Assembly (NCBI GenBank): GCA_963695345.1
Contig: OY968769.1
Span: 1,920,001-1,984,000 of the forward strand
Reading direction: 5' to 3'
Origin: an uncultured Methanomassiliicoccales archaeon
GTDB taxonomy: Archaea > Thermoplasmatota > Thermoplasmata > Methanomassiliicoccales > UBA472
DNA: 64,000 nucleotides
This document shows, piece by piece, positions 41,859 through 52,154 of this stretch (its first letter is position 1; each line of letters begins with the position of its first letter). Under the pieces are notes generated by a model. That model saw nothing but the letters and a program-made list of their open reading frames with translations. It searched no databases and had not been told where the DNA came from. The position numbers and the translations under genes were made by a program.

Positions 41859-42977
41859 ATGTCATTTTTTACTCATGAGGACAAGGTGAACCCAAAATCA
41901 CTTAGTTCCATTGACCTTCACGACCATGTTGCAATTGTTTATGAGACGCGACAGAGCATGTTCGACCTTCTCGCGGAGCTGTGCAAGATCGGCCTGGAGA
42001 GGAACGAAAAGTGCTTGATTTCGACATATGAGGGGAAAGAGATCGAGACGCACCTCCGGCGGGCCAGGATCGATGTCGATTCAGCCTTGTCATCCGGTTC
42101 CCTGGTCATTCGAGATGTCCCTAAGATATTCCCCAGCGAGGCCAGTTTCGATCCAGGCCGGACCGTCGCTTTGTTCGAGGGCTTGATCAAAGAGGCGTTA
42201 GATCAAGGCTATTCCGGGTTGAGAGTATTCAATTCATCGTATTCTCCATCACCCCTCGAAGACCCTAAGCTCCATCTCGATTACGTCAAGGATATGGGGC
42301 GGGTGATGAGGGATAATAAGGTCGTTCGGATCAGTCTCTATGATCTGGACGATAGAAAGCCCGACATCATCATAAACGCCATTCTATGCCATCCGACGAT
42401 CATCCTGAGAGGGATCGTCTGCAACAATTTTTTCTATATCCCCCCCGAGCAGCTGTTCGGCCCCAAAGGCGGTTCCCCCGAACTGTACCGGCTGCTGGAC
42501 AACCTGATCGATGTCCATCAGAACGAGCTCAGTCTTAAGGAAAGCCACGAAAAGCTGGAAACGACAAATCGTATTCTTCGCGAGGAGATCACCAAGAGGA
42601 AGATGGTCGAATGGGCCCTCTTGTCATCCGAACTGCGTTATCGCAATACCTTGGACTCGATCAACGAGATGGTCGCTGTCATCGACCGGGACTACAAGGT
42701 CACCCTGACGAACAAGGCGATGGAGACCATGGGAGACACGCTGGGGGTCGACTGCCGCTTCGTCGGTAAGCCATTATTCGAGGCTTTCCCGCATCTCTCA
42801 AAAGAGGAAATGGATGAATACGATCATGTGTTCAGGACCGGAGAGAAGATCGTCACTCAACGAGCCTACTCCCATAACGGCCTAATGGTGTGGGCCGAGG
42901 TCAGCAAAGTACCGATGATGGAAGGAGACATAGTTGTCAATGTGACAACGATTGTCCGCAGTTTGCATAAGCAGTAG
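41859..42977 (+). CDS. MEDS-domain sensory protein with coiled coil and PAS domain
   Basis: HDHVAIVYE..GLERNEKC..GYSGLRV..HP.I...CNNFFYIPPE, then SELRYR-PAS. Confidence 0.85.
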   Translation: MSFFTHEDKVNPKSLSSIDLHDHVAIVYETRQSMFDLLAELCKIGLERNEKCLISTYEGKEIETHLRRARIDVDSALSSGSLVIRDVPKIFPSEASFDPGRTVALFEGLIKEALDQGYSGLRVFNSSYSPSPLEDPKLHLDYVKDMGRVMRDNKVVRISLYDLDDRKPDIIINAILCHPTIILRGIVCNNFFYIPPEQLFGPKGGSPELYRLLDNLIDVHQNELSLKESHEKLETTNRILREEITKRKMVEWALLSSELRYRNTLDSINEMVAVIDRDYKVTLTNKAMETMGDTLGVDCRFVGKPLFEAFPHLSKEEMDEYDHVFRTGEKIVTQRAYSHNGLMVWAEVSKVPMMEGDIVVNVTTIVRSLHKQ

Positions 42978-43279
42978 CAATTTTGTCCTGATGAGCGTTA
43001 AAAAAAGAAGGCCCTATTTTCACTATTGATTCTCACGTATCGACGTTAATATACCATGGTGGCGATTATCCAAATGGGATATGGGAGCACTCGATACCAG
43101 TACATTCAAGAGCGGATGCCATAAGGATCGAATTCGACACCACCTCGCTCCCCTCCTCCTCTTTTTAAATTTCAGTTCTTGAGAACAAGGATCTCAACTC
43201 ATTGGAAGCACGAAGGTTCGTAGCGACGATAACGGCGAATTCGGCAATTATTAATATGGTTTAATCGTTCAAGGATTAG

Positions 43280-43296
43280 TTGGATGTATCATCCAA
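43280..43296. promoter_or_regulatory. Palindromic operator TTGGATG-TAT-CATCCAA upstream of corrinoid salvage operon
   Basis: Perfect 7-3-7 palindrome downstream of TATA-like TTAATA (43251). An identical copy lies upstream of cobT. Confidence 0.8.
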
Positions 43297-43336
43297 TTGC
43301 GGCTGTAGGGGCTGCGAATAGGGGGAAAGGATATCT

Positions 43337-44416
43337 ATGGCAAGCAAGAAAGGGGCAATAATCGCTGTAATCGTCGTCATCGCATTGGTGGCCAGTGGAG
43401 CATTCGTCTTCATGGGGATGAACAAGGCCAAGACCAACGAGATAGGCGCAATCACGATCACTGACGCATTGAGCAACAACGTAACCTTGAACTCGACACC
43501 GCTAAGGGTGGTTTCCGCATCACCGAGCACCACTGAGCTGCTCTACGCGATGGGAGTCAACGGATCAATAGTAGGGGTCACCGACTATTGCGACTATCCG
43601 GTCAACGGAACCGGAAAGTCGCCCAAGGATATCTTCGAATCCATAGGCGGTTTCTATTCACCCAGCTATGAGGCCATTGCCGGACTCGATCCGGACATCG
43701 TGCTCTTGGACGCAGGGGTCAAGACGCACAAGGACATGATGACCCAGCTCGCTGCTGTCAATATCAAGTACGTCTCACTGTATCCGGGCAAGAACATCAC
43801 CGAGATCCAGAAGAACATCGTACTTCTCGGGAAGATATTCAGCAAGACGACCACCTCCTCGGCCATAATCAGTGACATGGACTCGAAATTCTCGGCGATC
43901 ACGACCGCGATCGGGAACGTGTCCGCCAAGCCCAGCGTCATGGTCATGGTCGGTTTCAGCCCTGACATCTGGGTCAACGGCGGCAAGACCTTCATCAACG
44001 ACATCATAGTCGCATCCGGCGGGGTCAACGTGTTCGCCAACTCGTCGAGCTATGCCACCATCACCAAGGAAGGCGTGGTGGAGGCCAACCCCGACATAAT
44101 AATCGTCACTTCGTCGATGATACCCGGACTGACACCGCAGCAGGTGCTGGACCAGCTGGCCGCTGACCCGATCCTGGGAGGCCTGGGCGCTGTCCAGAAC
44201 CACAAGGTGTACGTCCTTCAGGACGACGCGGAGGGCTGCTTCCTCCGCTCGGCGACCCGTGTGACCCAGGCTACCCAGGTCCTGGCGGACATACTGTATC
44301 CGACGGTATTCGGCGAGACCATCCCGAACATACTGGGGGACGGCTACAAGGACTACCTCCCGGACAGCTGGGGCACCGGCACGAGCGCGCGGACGACCAT
44401 GACGACGGTCGCGTGA
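43337..44416 (+). CDS. btuF: Corrinoid/iron-siderophore ABC transporter substrate-binding protein (BtuF-like)
   Basis: RVVSASPSTTELLYAMG, VGVTDYCDYP, GG.NVF and NPDIII. It is the first gene of a cob operon. Confidence 0.88.
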   Translation: MASKKGAIIAVIVVIALVASGAFVFMGMNKAKTNEIGAITITDALSNNVTLNSTPLRVVSASPSTTELLYAMGVNGSIVGVTDYCDYPVNGTGKSPKDIFESIGGFYSPSYEAIAGLDPDIVLLDAGVKTHKDMMTQLAAVNIKYVSLYPGKNITEIQKNIVLLGKIFSKTTTSSAIISDMDSKFSAITTAIGNVSAKPSVMVMVGFSPDIWVNGGKTFINDIIVASGGVNVFANSSSYATITKEGVVEANPDIIIVTSSMIPGLTPQQVLDQLAADPILGGLGAVQNHKVYVLQDDAEGCFLRSATRVTQATQVLADILYPTVFGETIPNILGDGYKDYLPDSWGTGTSARTTMTTVA

Positions 44417-44420
44417 TCAT

Positions 44421-45465
44421 TTGAACGGTTCTGTGGTCGAGCGGGCCAAATCCAGACTGTTGCTCATAGTGATAGCTGGAAGCATCTCGCTCACCCTGCT
44501 TTTTTTCATCTCATTGAGCATCGGCGCATACCGTATGAGCTTCGAGACCTCCATATCATCCTTCTTCAACCTCGTCTCCAATTTCGGCAACCCTCTGAAC
44601 ATGGACGAGAACATCATCATGAACTCCCGCCTGCCCCGGACCGTCTCCGTCATCGCGGTGGGGATCGGACTTTCCGTCGCCGGAGCGGTCATGCAGGCCA
44701 TAATAAGGAACCCCCTGGTCGACCCTTACATCACCGGGGTATCATCGGGGGCAGCGCTCGGGGTGTCATTGGTCGTGCTGGGCGGGGTCTCGCTCGCCGG
44801 GGTCGGCATGTTCTCCATGCCCATAGCCGCCTTCATCGGAGCCATATGCGCCTTCGGCCTTACCATGGCGCTTGTGCGAGGCCGCGGGAGGCAAACCTAT
44901 CAGCTTCGTCCTGGCCGGTGTCATGATCGGACTGGGACTTTCCTCCTTCACGAACATTCTGGCCGTCCTCAATCCAGATGAGCACAAGAGCGTCCTGTTC
45001 TGGATGTTCGGCTCGTTCCAGTCGGTGACTCCGATGCAGACGCTCATCATACTCATCCCCACGATCACGATCGTCGTCATCATGCTGGTCTTCGCCCGGG
45101 AGATGAACGTCATCCTTCTCGGGGAGGAACAGGCGGGCCAGCTGGGGCTCAATGTCCGTTCGTTCAAATGGACAATGATGATACTGACATCCTGCGTCAC
45201 CGGGATATGTGTGGCCTTCACCGGCGTCATCGCTTTCCTGGGATTGATCGTCCCGCACTCCGCCCGGATGATCGTCGGCAGCGACCACCGTCTCCTCCTT
45301 CCGGCGTCGATCGTCATCGGGGCGAACGTGCTGCTGGCCGCGGACATCGTCGCTCGCTCGGTCATCATGCCCTCGGAGCTGCCCATCGGAGCCATAATAT
45401 CGTTGATAGGGGTCCCGTTCTTCGCGTACCTGCTGATCAGGAGGGGGAAAGAGTATGGAGCCTGA
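44421..45465 (+). CDS. btuC: FecCD/BtuC-type ABC permease (frameshift near 44872)
   Basis: RLPR, MQAIIRNPLVDPYITGVSSGA, GVIAFLGLIVPH and ELPIG...G.PFF. Confidence 0.9.
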
Positions 45466-46252
45466 GGGTAAGACCATCACCGTCAAGATCAATGGAATAT
45501 CGTTCGGCTATAACGGGAAGAACACCCTGGAAGGGATCGACCTGGAATGCTCCAAAGGGGAGTTCGTCGGATTGATCGGCCCGAACGGCTCAGGGAAGAC
45601 CACATTGCTGCGGTGCATCAACGGCGTCCTGAAACCCAAGGTGGGAACGATCTTCGTCGAGGGGAAGAACATCGACAAGATGAAGATCAAGGAGATAGCC
45701 AGGGTCTGCGCCAACGTCCCGACGGACGCGGCCGAGGACCTGACGCTCACGGTCCACGAGTTCGTTTTCCTGGGTAGGTATCCGTACGTGAGCGGAATGT
45801 GGTGGGAGAGCAAGGACGACGAGGAGATCGTCGACAAGGCCATCTCCACGTTCAAGCTCGAGCACCTGGTGAAACGCCGGCTGAACGAGCTCAGCTCCGG
45901 CGAGCAGGCCCGGGTGCTTCTCGCGAAAGCCGTAGTGCAGCGTCCGCTGGTCATGCTTGTCGACGAACCGTCGGCGCATTTGGACCTGAGATACAAGCTG
46001 GAGGTCATGGAGGAGCTGCACGCCCTCTCCAGGACCGGGATAACTGTGATTTGCGCTTCCCACGACCTGAACCTGATGTCCAAGTTCTGCGACCGGGTGC
46101 TGATGATCGGCCAGGGCAAGATCGTTTCGTTCGGTCTGCCCTCGGAAGTGATGACCGAGCAGAACATCCGTGAGGTCTACGGGGTCGAGGTCCGGGTGTT
46201 CCGCGAGGACGACGAGATATACGCCATTCCAAAGAGGTCGATAAGGCAATGA
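45455..46252 (+). CDS. btuD: ABC transporter ATP-binding protein (BtuD-like)
   Basis: GPNGSGKTT, LSSGE, VDEP and HDLN. Confidence 0.9.
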   Translation: MEPEGKTITVKINGISFGYNGKNTLEGIDLECSKGEFVGLIGPNGSGKTTLLRCINGVLKPKVGTIFVEGKNIDKMKIKEIARVCANVPTDAAEDLTLTVHEFVFLGRYPYVSGMWWESKDDEEIVDKAISTFKLEHLVKRRLNELSSGEQARVLLAKAVVQRPLVMLVDEPSAHLDLRYKLEVMEELHALSRTGITVICASHDLNLMSKFCDRVLMIGQGKIVSFGLPSEVMTEQNIREVYGVEVRVFREDDEIYAIPKRSIRQ

Positions 46253-47385
46253 ACATCGAGGAACTGGTCCGCTCGGACCTCCTGAACATAAAACGGCCGA
46301 TACACGGCGGGCTGGGCTGGAAATACCAGGGCGTGGAGGACTTCAGCTCTAACCTGAACCCGCTGGGCCCGCCGCCGCAGGTGCGGGATTACATGCTGGA
46401 GGCGGCCGACAAACTGATCTACTATCCCGACGACAGCGGTTCGGAGCTCAAGGACGCCATCTCCCGGCGCTTCGGCGTCAACCGGGACAACATCATGCTC
46501 GGTGCCGGTTCGGCCGAGCTCATCCGGCTGTTCCCGGACGTCTTCTTCAACAAGGGGGACGGGGTCATCATGCCCCGGCCGACCTTCGCCGAGTACCAGT
46601 TCGCCCTGAAGATGCGGGGTGCCAGCATACACGATTTCCCGCTTTGCGAGATCGACGGGTTCCATTTCGACTTCGCCCGGCTGAACTACATGATCGAGTC
46701 CGGATCGAAGGCTGTCTACATCTGCAACCCGAACAACCCCACCGGCGTGGTGGAAAGCAGGAAGCGCATCGTCGAGATCATCGAGGAGTGCGAAAGGAAG
46801 AACACCATCGTCTTCCTGGACGAGACGCTCCTGGAGCTGGTGGACAACGCCCGCGACCTGACCTGCGTCTCGGAAGCGGAGAGCCATGACAACCTGTTCA
46901 TCATCCGTTCGTTCACCAAGTGCTTCGCCATCCCCGGACTGAGGGTCGGGTACGCCATCGGATCGAAGGACCTGATCCGGCACATGGACAACGCCCGCCT
47001 GGCGTGGAACCTGGGCCAGGTGGAGATGCATGTCGCCGCAAGGCTCTTGGACGATTGCTACGGTCACATCGAGACGGCCGCCCGGCTGATGGCCGAGGAG
47101 AAGCCCTATCTGCTCGATGCCATAAAAAGAACGGAAGTCGTCTCGGCCTCGAGGCCGGACGCGTTCTTCTTCTTCAACCGGGTCAACGGCGGCCTGGACT
47201 CGAAGCAGCTGAAGGAACTGCTCCTCCGTTTCAACGTCCTGGTCCGGGACTGCGGTTCGTTCGGAAGGCCGTTCGAGAAGTTCGCCCGCTTCGCCATCAA
47301 GACCCATGACCGCAACGTTCACCTGGTGGAGGCGTTCAAGCGGACCGCCGAGATCATGGAGAACCTGAAGACCAAGGGTGAATGA
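46249..47385 (+). CDS. cobD: L-threonine-O-3-phosphate decarboxylase
   Basis: HGG..DFSSNLNPLG, CNPNNPTG and RSFTKCFAIPGLRVGY, in cob operon context. Confidence 0.88.
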   Translation: MNIEELVRSDLLNIKRPIHGGLGWKYQGVEDFSSNLNPLGPPPQVRDYMLEAADKLIYYPDDSGSELKDAISRRFGVNRDNIMLGAGSAELIRLFPDVFFNKGDGVIMPRPTFAEYQFALKMRGASIHDFPLCEIDGFHFDFARLNYMIESGSKAVYICNPNNPTGVVESRKRIVEIIEECERKNTIVFLDETLLELVDNARDLTCVSEAESHDNLFIIRSFTKCFAIPGLRVGYAIGSKDLIRHMDNARLAWNLGQVEMHVAARLLDDCYGHIETAARLMAEEKPYLLDAIKRTEVVSASRPDAFFFFNRVNGGLDSKQLKELLLRFNVLVRDCGSFGRPFEKFARFAIKTHDRNVHLVEAFKRTAEIMENLKTKGE

Positions 47386-48392
47386 CATGCTGTCGGACCT
47401 GTACCTATACGGTCTACTCATACTCGTTCTGGCGGTGGTCATCGACCTGCTGCTGGGGGAGCCGCCCGAACGCCGCCCATCCGGTGGTCTGGATAGGCAA
47501 GGTCATCGGGTTCATGGACAGGCACACCAAGAGGACCGGCAGGAAAGGTTCCGAACGGGCGAGGGGTGTGCTGCTGGCCCTGGTGCCGCTGCTGCTGTTC
47601 CCATTCGTGTTCACGCTGCTGCTCTTCCTGCTGCGGGACCTGTTCGGCGCGCTGGTCTGGGCCATCGCCTGCGCGATCCTGCTCAAGACCATGTTCGCCA
47701 TCAACGCCATGGGGAAGCACACCCTGCCGATCCAGAAGGCGCTCGAGCGGGGGGACATGGAAGCGGCCCGCAAGAGCGCTTCAATGATCGTCTCCCGCGA
47801 CGTGAACAAGCTGGACCGGGAGCATATCATCTCGTGCGCGGCCGAGTCGGCGGCGGAGAACACGGTGGACAGCATTTTCTCGCCGTTGTTCTTCTTCGGG
47901 CTGGGCGGCATGCCGCTGATCATCTTCTACCGGGTCTCCAACACGCTGGACGCGATGGTCGGTTACATCGATCAACCGTATACCCACGTCGGCTGGTTCA
48001 GTGCCAAGCTGGACGACTGCACGAACTACATCTGCGCCCGCATTTCGTTGCCGTTCATCCTGCTGGCGCTGATGATCCTGGGCATGGACTGGAGGGGTGC
48101 CTGGAGGGACGCCAAGAAGTACCACAGGGCGACCCTGTCGCCGAACAAGGGCTGGTCCATGTCCGCGTTCGCCGGTGGACTGGGCATACGGTTCGAGAAG
48201 GTGGGGTGGTATGTCATGGGTGACGGACCACTGCCCACCGACCCGAAGGTCATCGGGAACACCGTCAAGGTGATGAAGGTCTCGGCGCTCCTTTTCATCG
48301 CACTGGTGGTGGTGCCGTTGTTCCTGTTCGTCGGGCTCAATGTCCAGATATATATCGAAAACCTATTCTCCGGTTTGTTCGGGTGGTTGTGA
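47378..48392 (+). CDS. cbiB: Adenosylcobinamide-phosphate synthase (frameshift near 47460)
   Basis: DLLLGEP..HPVVWIG, VSRD, ESAAEN..D, YRVSNTLDAMVGY and SPN.GW.M. Confidence 0.93.
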
Positions 48393-48394
48393 GC

Positions 48395-49529
48395 ATGGGC
48401 AAGGTGGATGTTACTACAAGATCGAAGAGGTGGGGGAGAACACGGTGCTGGTGGTCCGGCTGCCGCAGCGAGATGAAGGTCCTGAGCACGACCGTGCTGA
48501 ACGGCGGGTTCTCGGTATCGGACACCTCCTCTCCGTCCAGGTCCCCATCCACTATAATGGCACCGACCCGGAGTCGGAGGTAGTGGAGATCTGCGGGAAG
48601 CTGGGGCTCTGCGCCGAGTCGGTCGGTTTCATGACCGCCGTCGACCTGAAGAAGGTCATCACCATAGTCAGCGAGGAGTACAACGGCATCAACGCGACGG
48701 TGGTGGCTACATCCGGCGTGAAGAACGCCGTCTATGCCGGGGAGCTCATGACCGATGCGCTGGTGCGCGGACTGAACGGTCCCGGGACGATCAACATCAT
48801 CGTGGCCCTGGACAGGCCGCTGCACGAGACCGGCATGGCCAACTCCCTGATCACCATCACCGAGGCCAAGACCGCCGCCCTCATGGACACCAAGACCAAG
48901 GGGACCGGTACCACCAGCGACGCCATCGCCATCTGCTGCCCCGAAGGCGACGGGGAGAAGTATGCCGGAACCGCGACGGACGTCGGCATCTGCATGGCCC
49001 GGGCGGTGCGCAAGGCGGTGGCCGCCTCGACGCTCAAGTGGTATGCCACGTCCGGGACCGGTGGACTTCATCAAGCTGCTGGACGACCGGGGCATCACCA
49101 TGGAGGAGATGTGGACCGCGGCCAACAAGCTGGTGTTCCCCAACCCGGACTGGCCGGAGGGATTCCTGAAGGGCAGGTTCGATGGAACGCATGAACCTGC
49201 TGAGGCAGGACATCAACGTCAACGCCATGGTCAAAGGGGCGATTCTCCTGGAGGACGCGGGCAAGGCCCAGGACCTGTATGGCCTCGACAACGGAGTGTT
49301 CGATTCGGACCCGGTCCACCTGTTGGCCGATGAGCTCATGGGGATCGCGCTGGCCGAGTACATCACCGGCACCAAGGGCCTTTTCGAGTACGTTCGCTAC
49401 GACCGCAAGAAGCCCGGCATCCTGGCCGAGCTTGGCCCGTTCCTCGACGATATCGTCGGGGCGCTGATCGGGGCGGTCATGTCCAGGATATACTCAGATC
49501 TACTGGAGGCGGAAGGACGACTACAATAG
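48395..49529 (+). CDS. cbiS: Bifunctional adenosylcobinamide amidohydrolase (CbiZ) / alpha-ribazole phosphatase (CobZ), CbiS-like (frameshifted)
   Basis: VGFMTAV, GTINII, TEAKTAAL and GTGTTSDAI (CbiZ). DPVHLLADE..G..G.FEY.RYDRKKPGIL..LGPFLDD (CobZ). Confidence 0.85.
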
Positions 49530-50320
49530 GCGCGGTCAAAGCGGCATTCTCGATGTTCACGATGATACCGCTGGATGTCGAGGGCGAGGAGGTCGTCGGG
49601 CTGTCGAAACGGTTCTACCTCATCGTGCTGGTGGGAGCATTCTACGGATTGATCGCCGGATCGCTGATGTGGGTCATGTCCCACGTCTTCACGACGCTTG
49701 ACGGCGGGAGTACTGGCATTGCTGGTGGTCCACGGGCTTAACCGTTTCCTGCACTTCGACGGGTTGAGCGACTTCGGCGACGGAATGATCTGCAGCGGTG
49801 ACCAGGAGAAGAAGATGAGGGCGGTCAAGGACTCGCACACCGGCGCCGGCGGCATAGGCTATTCCATCGTCTTCACCGCGCTGAGCATCGTCGCGCTTGG
49901 GCGAGCTGTCACCGCAGCTGGTCTTCTTCGGACCGTTCGTGGCCGAGCTGCTGAACAAGAACGCCATGGTCTTCGCCGCCTCGGCCGGTTCTTCAAGGGA
50001 AGGACTGGGCGGCATATTCGTCAAGAACGCGTCGGCCAAGACCGCCGCCATATCCGCCCTGATATCGCTGGCGTTCATCGTCCCGGTCAGTCTCGCCATC
50101 AACTGGTATTACGGACTGTCGATGTACTGGCTGCCTCCTAATGATGGTGGCGCCGCTGGTCATGAGCTGTCTGGTCGGAACGATCGCGGCCAGGATCGCG
50201 ATGAAAGGGTTCGGCTGCGTCAACGGGGATGTGCTCGGCGCCACCAACGAGTTCTCCCGGCCGTTCGTTCTGCTGACCGTCTCGGCGGTGGTCTGGTGCC
50301 TGGCCACGCTGCACTGGTGA
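49517..50320 (+). CDS. cobS: Adenosylcobinamide-GDP ribazoletransferase (cobalamin synthase, frameshifted)
   Basis: FTMIP, HFDGLSDFGDG, KDSHTGAGG and FGCVNGDVLGATNE. Confidence 0.92.
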
Positions 50321-50920
50321 CGGCCGGCGGCAAGGGCAGCCGCATCAGCGAGCTGGGGGTGGAAAAACCCTTGGTCCTGATCGCTGGCGTGCCCATGATC
50401 GACCGGTTACTGGACGAGCTGGCCAGATCATCGATGATCGACCGGATGTACGTATCGGTAAGTCCCTTGGCCCCGATGACCAGGGAGCATCTCAAAGGGA
50501 TGGATGTGATAGTGATCGATACACCTGGAAATGGATACGTGGCCGATCTGAACGGCTCGATGAACGCCATCGAGGAGGATGCGGTGCTGGTCTGTCCCTC
50601 GGACATGCCGCTGATCACCTCCGCCGGTGTTGACGAGCTCATCGCCACCTATGACGAAAGGGCTCAGCCCTCACTGACCGTGGCACTGCCGCCTACAGGT
50701 CATCGAGTCATTGGGATTGATCGTCACCTATATCGAGGAGATCGACGGCAGGCCGCTGACGTTCTGCGGAGTGAGCGTCGTCGACCGTCTGGAGATGCTG
50801 ACCGGTAACTTTTTGCCAGGCGGTTATTTCGTTACCGAAAAGGAGGAGTTCGCGGTGAACGTCAATACCGTCCACGACCTCCGCCTGGCAGAAAGGATTT
50901 TGGAGGAGAGACCTAAGTAG
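50296..50920 (+). CDS. cobY: GTP:adenosylcobinamide-phosphate guanylyltransferase (frameshift near 50700)
   Basis: ALVTAGGKGSR..EKP, TPGNGYVADL, SDMP and NVNT..DL..AE. Confidence 0.9.
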
Positions 50921-50928
50921 TGGTGCGT

Positions 50929-52043
50929 CTAGTGTTTGGCTAGGGCCATGATCTTCTCGTAGTTCTTCTCGATCTCGGCGAACATGCTCTTGCAGGTGAT
51001 CGCCCCGCTGCTTTGGCAGAAAGCGGCGATGGATATCCCGCCGGCGCCTACCCCTTCCTTCACCAGGCCTTTCTCGTAGAACGTAAGCCCTTCGTGCTTC
51101 GTCGTTGTGAAGTCCAGGTTGGCCGCCAGTACCGGCACATGGCCGATCTGCTTCACGATCCCGACCAGGTCCGCGGACTGGTCCTTTATGATCCATCTGG
51201 TAGTCCCCAGCGCGACGTTTTCCAGCGCCTTGGGTTCCATCGCCTTGACGATGGCCAGGACGGCGGCCATCTGTGTTCCGCCCGGCCAGAATGACCGGGA
51301 CCTTCCGCGCCGCCCCGACGATAAGGCCGGCAGCCGCCGGCATCATCGGGTCGCCGACCGCCGCCATTGCCAGCATGGCGTCGTTCTTCATCTGCTCTAT
51401 GGTCGATCTTGATCTGGATATGCCTTCCTTGGCTATGCTGGACTTGAGGGAGTGAGGGTTCTCCGGCAGCGTCGAGCTGACCTTGCCGTCTGCGTTGTAG
51501 CCCAACGCCAGCAGCACTGCCAGGGCGGTCGTCGTTCCGCCTGCGATGCTCTCCCCGACCACCAGATAATCGGAGACCTTGGCCAGGTTCTCACCGGCGA
51601 TGATCGCGTTCTCGATAGACACGCTTTGGGTCCCGGACCGCCGCTCCGGTCTTGATGTCCTCACCGGGATGTCCTTCCAGTTCGAAATAGGGAGCATGGG
51701 GTCTGACCCTGACGCCGCCGTTGGCGGCGTAGAACGGCATTCCCGTCAACCCTATCGCGCTCATGGTGACCAGGGCCGGGGTCGGTATCCCGTTCGGTGT
51801 GACCGGAACGCCATCGATGCACTTGCATCTCCCATAGTAAAGCAGTTCGATGTCGGCGGCCGGGGTGAAATCGGTGATGGCCGGTACGGCACCGGCGGCC
51901 GAGATGCCCGGGATCTTCGCCGTTTCGGTGTTTCCGATGACGCAGATGAAGGTCGGTCTCTTGCCCCAGACCTTCTCCACGAACACCTTCGCCTTCTCCT
52001 CCTCATTGCAGATCAGGATGTCCTCAGGGACTTTGAAGCTCAT
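50929..52043 (-). CDS. cobT: Archaeal nicotinate-mononucleotide:base phosphoribosyltransferase CobT (frameshifted)
   Basis: TETAKIPGISAAG, TPAAD.E, PTPAL, GESIAGGTTTA, GDPM and VKEGVGAGG. Confidence 0.92.
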
Positions 52044-52065
52044 ATCTTGGCACCTCCGAATTGAG

Positions 52066-52082
52066 TTGGATGATACATCCAA
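52066..52082. promoter_or_regulatory. Second copy of operator TTGGATGTATCATCCAA (on - strand) upstream of cobT
   Basis: Identical 17-mer in the transcription direction. It lies 16 nt after a BRE/TATA-like GAAAAAG-CATTAAATA on the minus strand. Confidence 0.8.
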
Positions 52083-52154
52083 CGTATGGGGCCAAGACTA
52101 TTTAATGCTTTTTCGAGGCAGAAACGATGGCACGGTTGTGTGCGGACCGCTCGT

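Noticed and set aside
43000-43336. Cobalamin riboswitch upstream of btuF
   Set aside because: No B12-box or GGGAA/ACTG core is visible, and the predicted leader after the TATA box is only about 60 nt.
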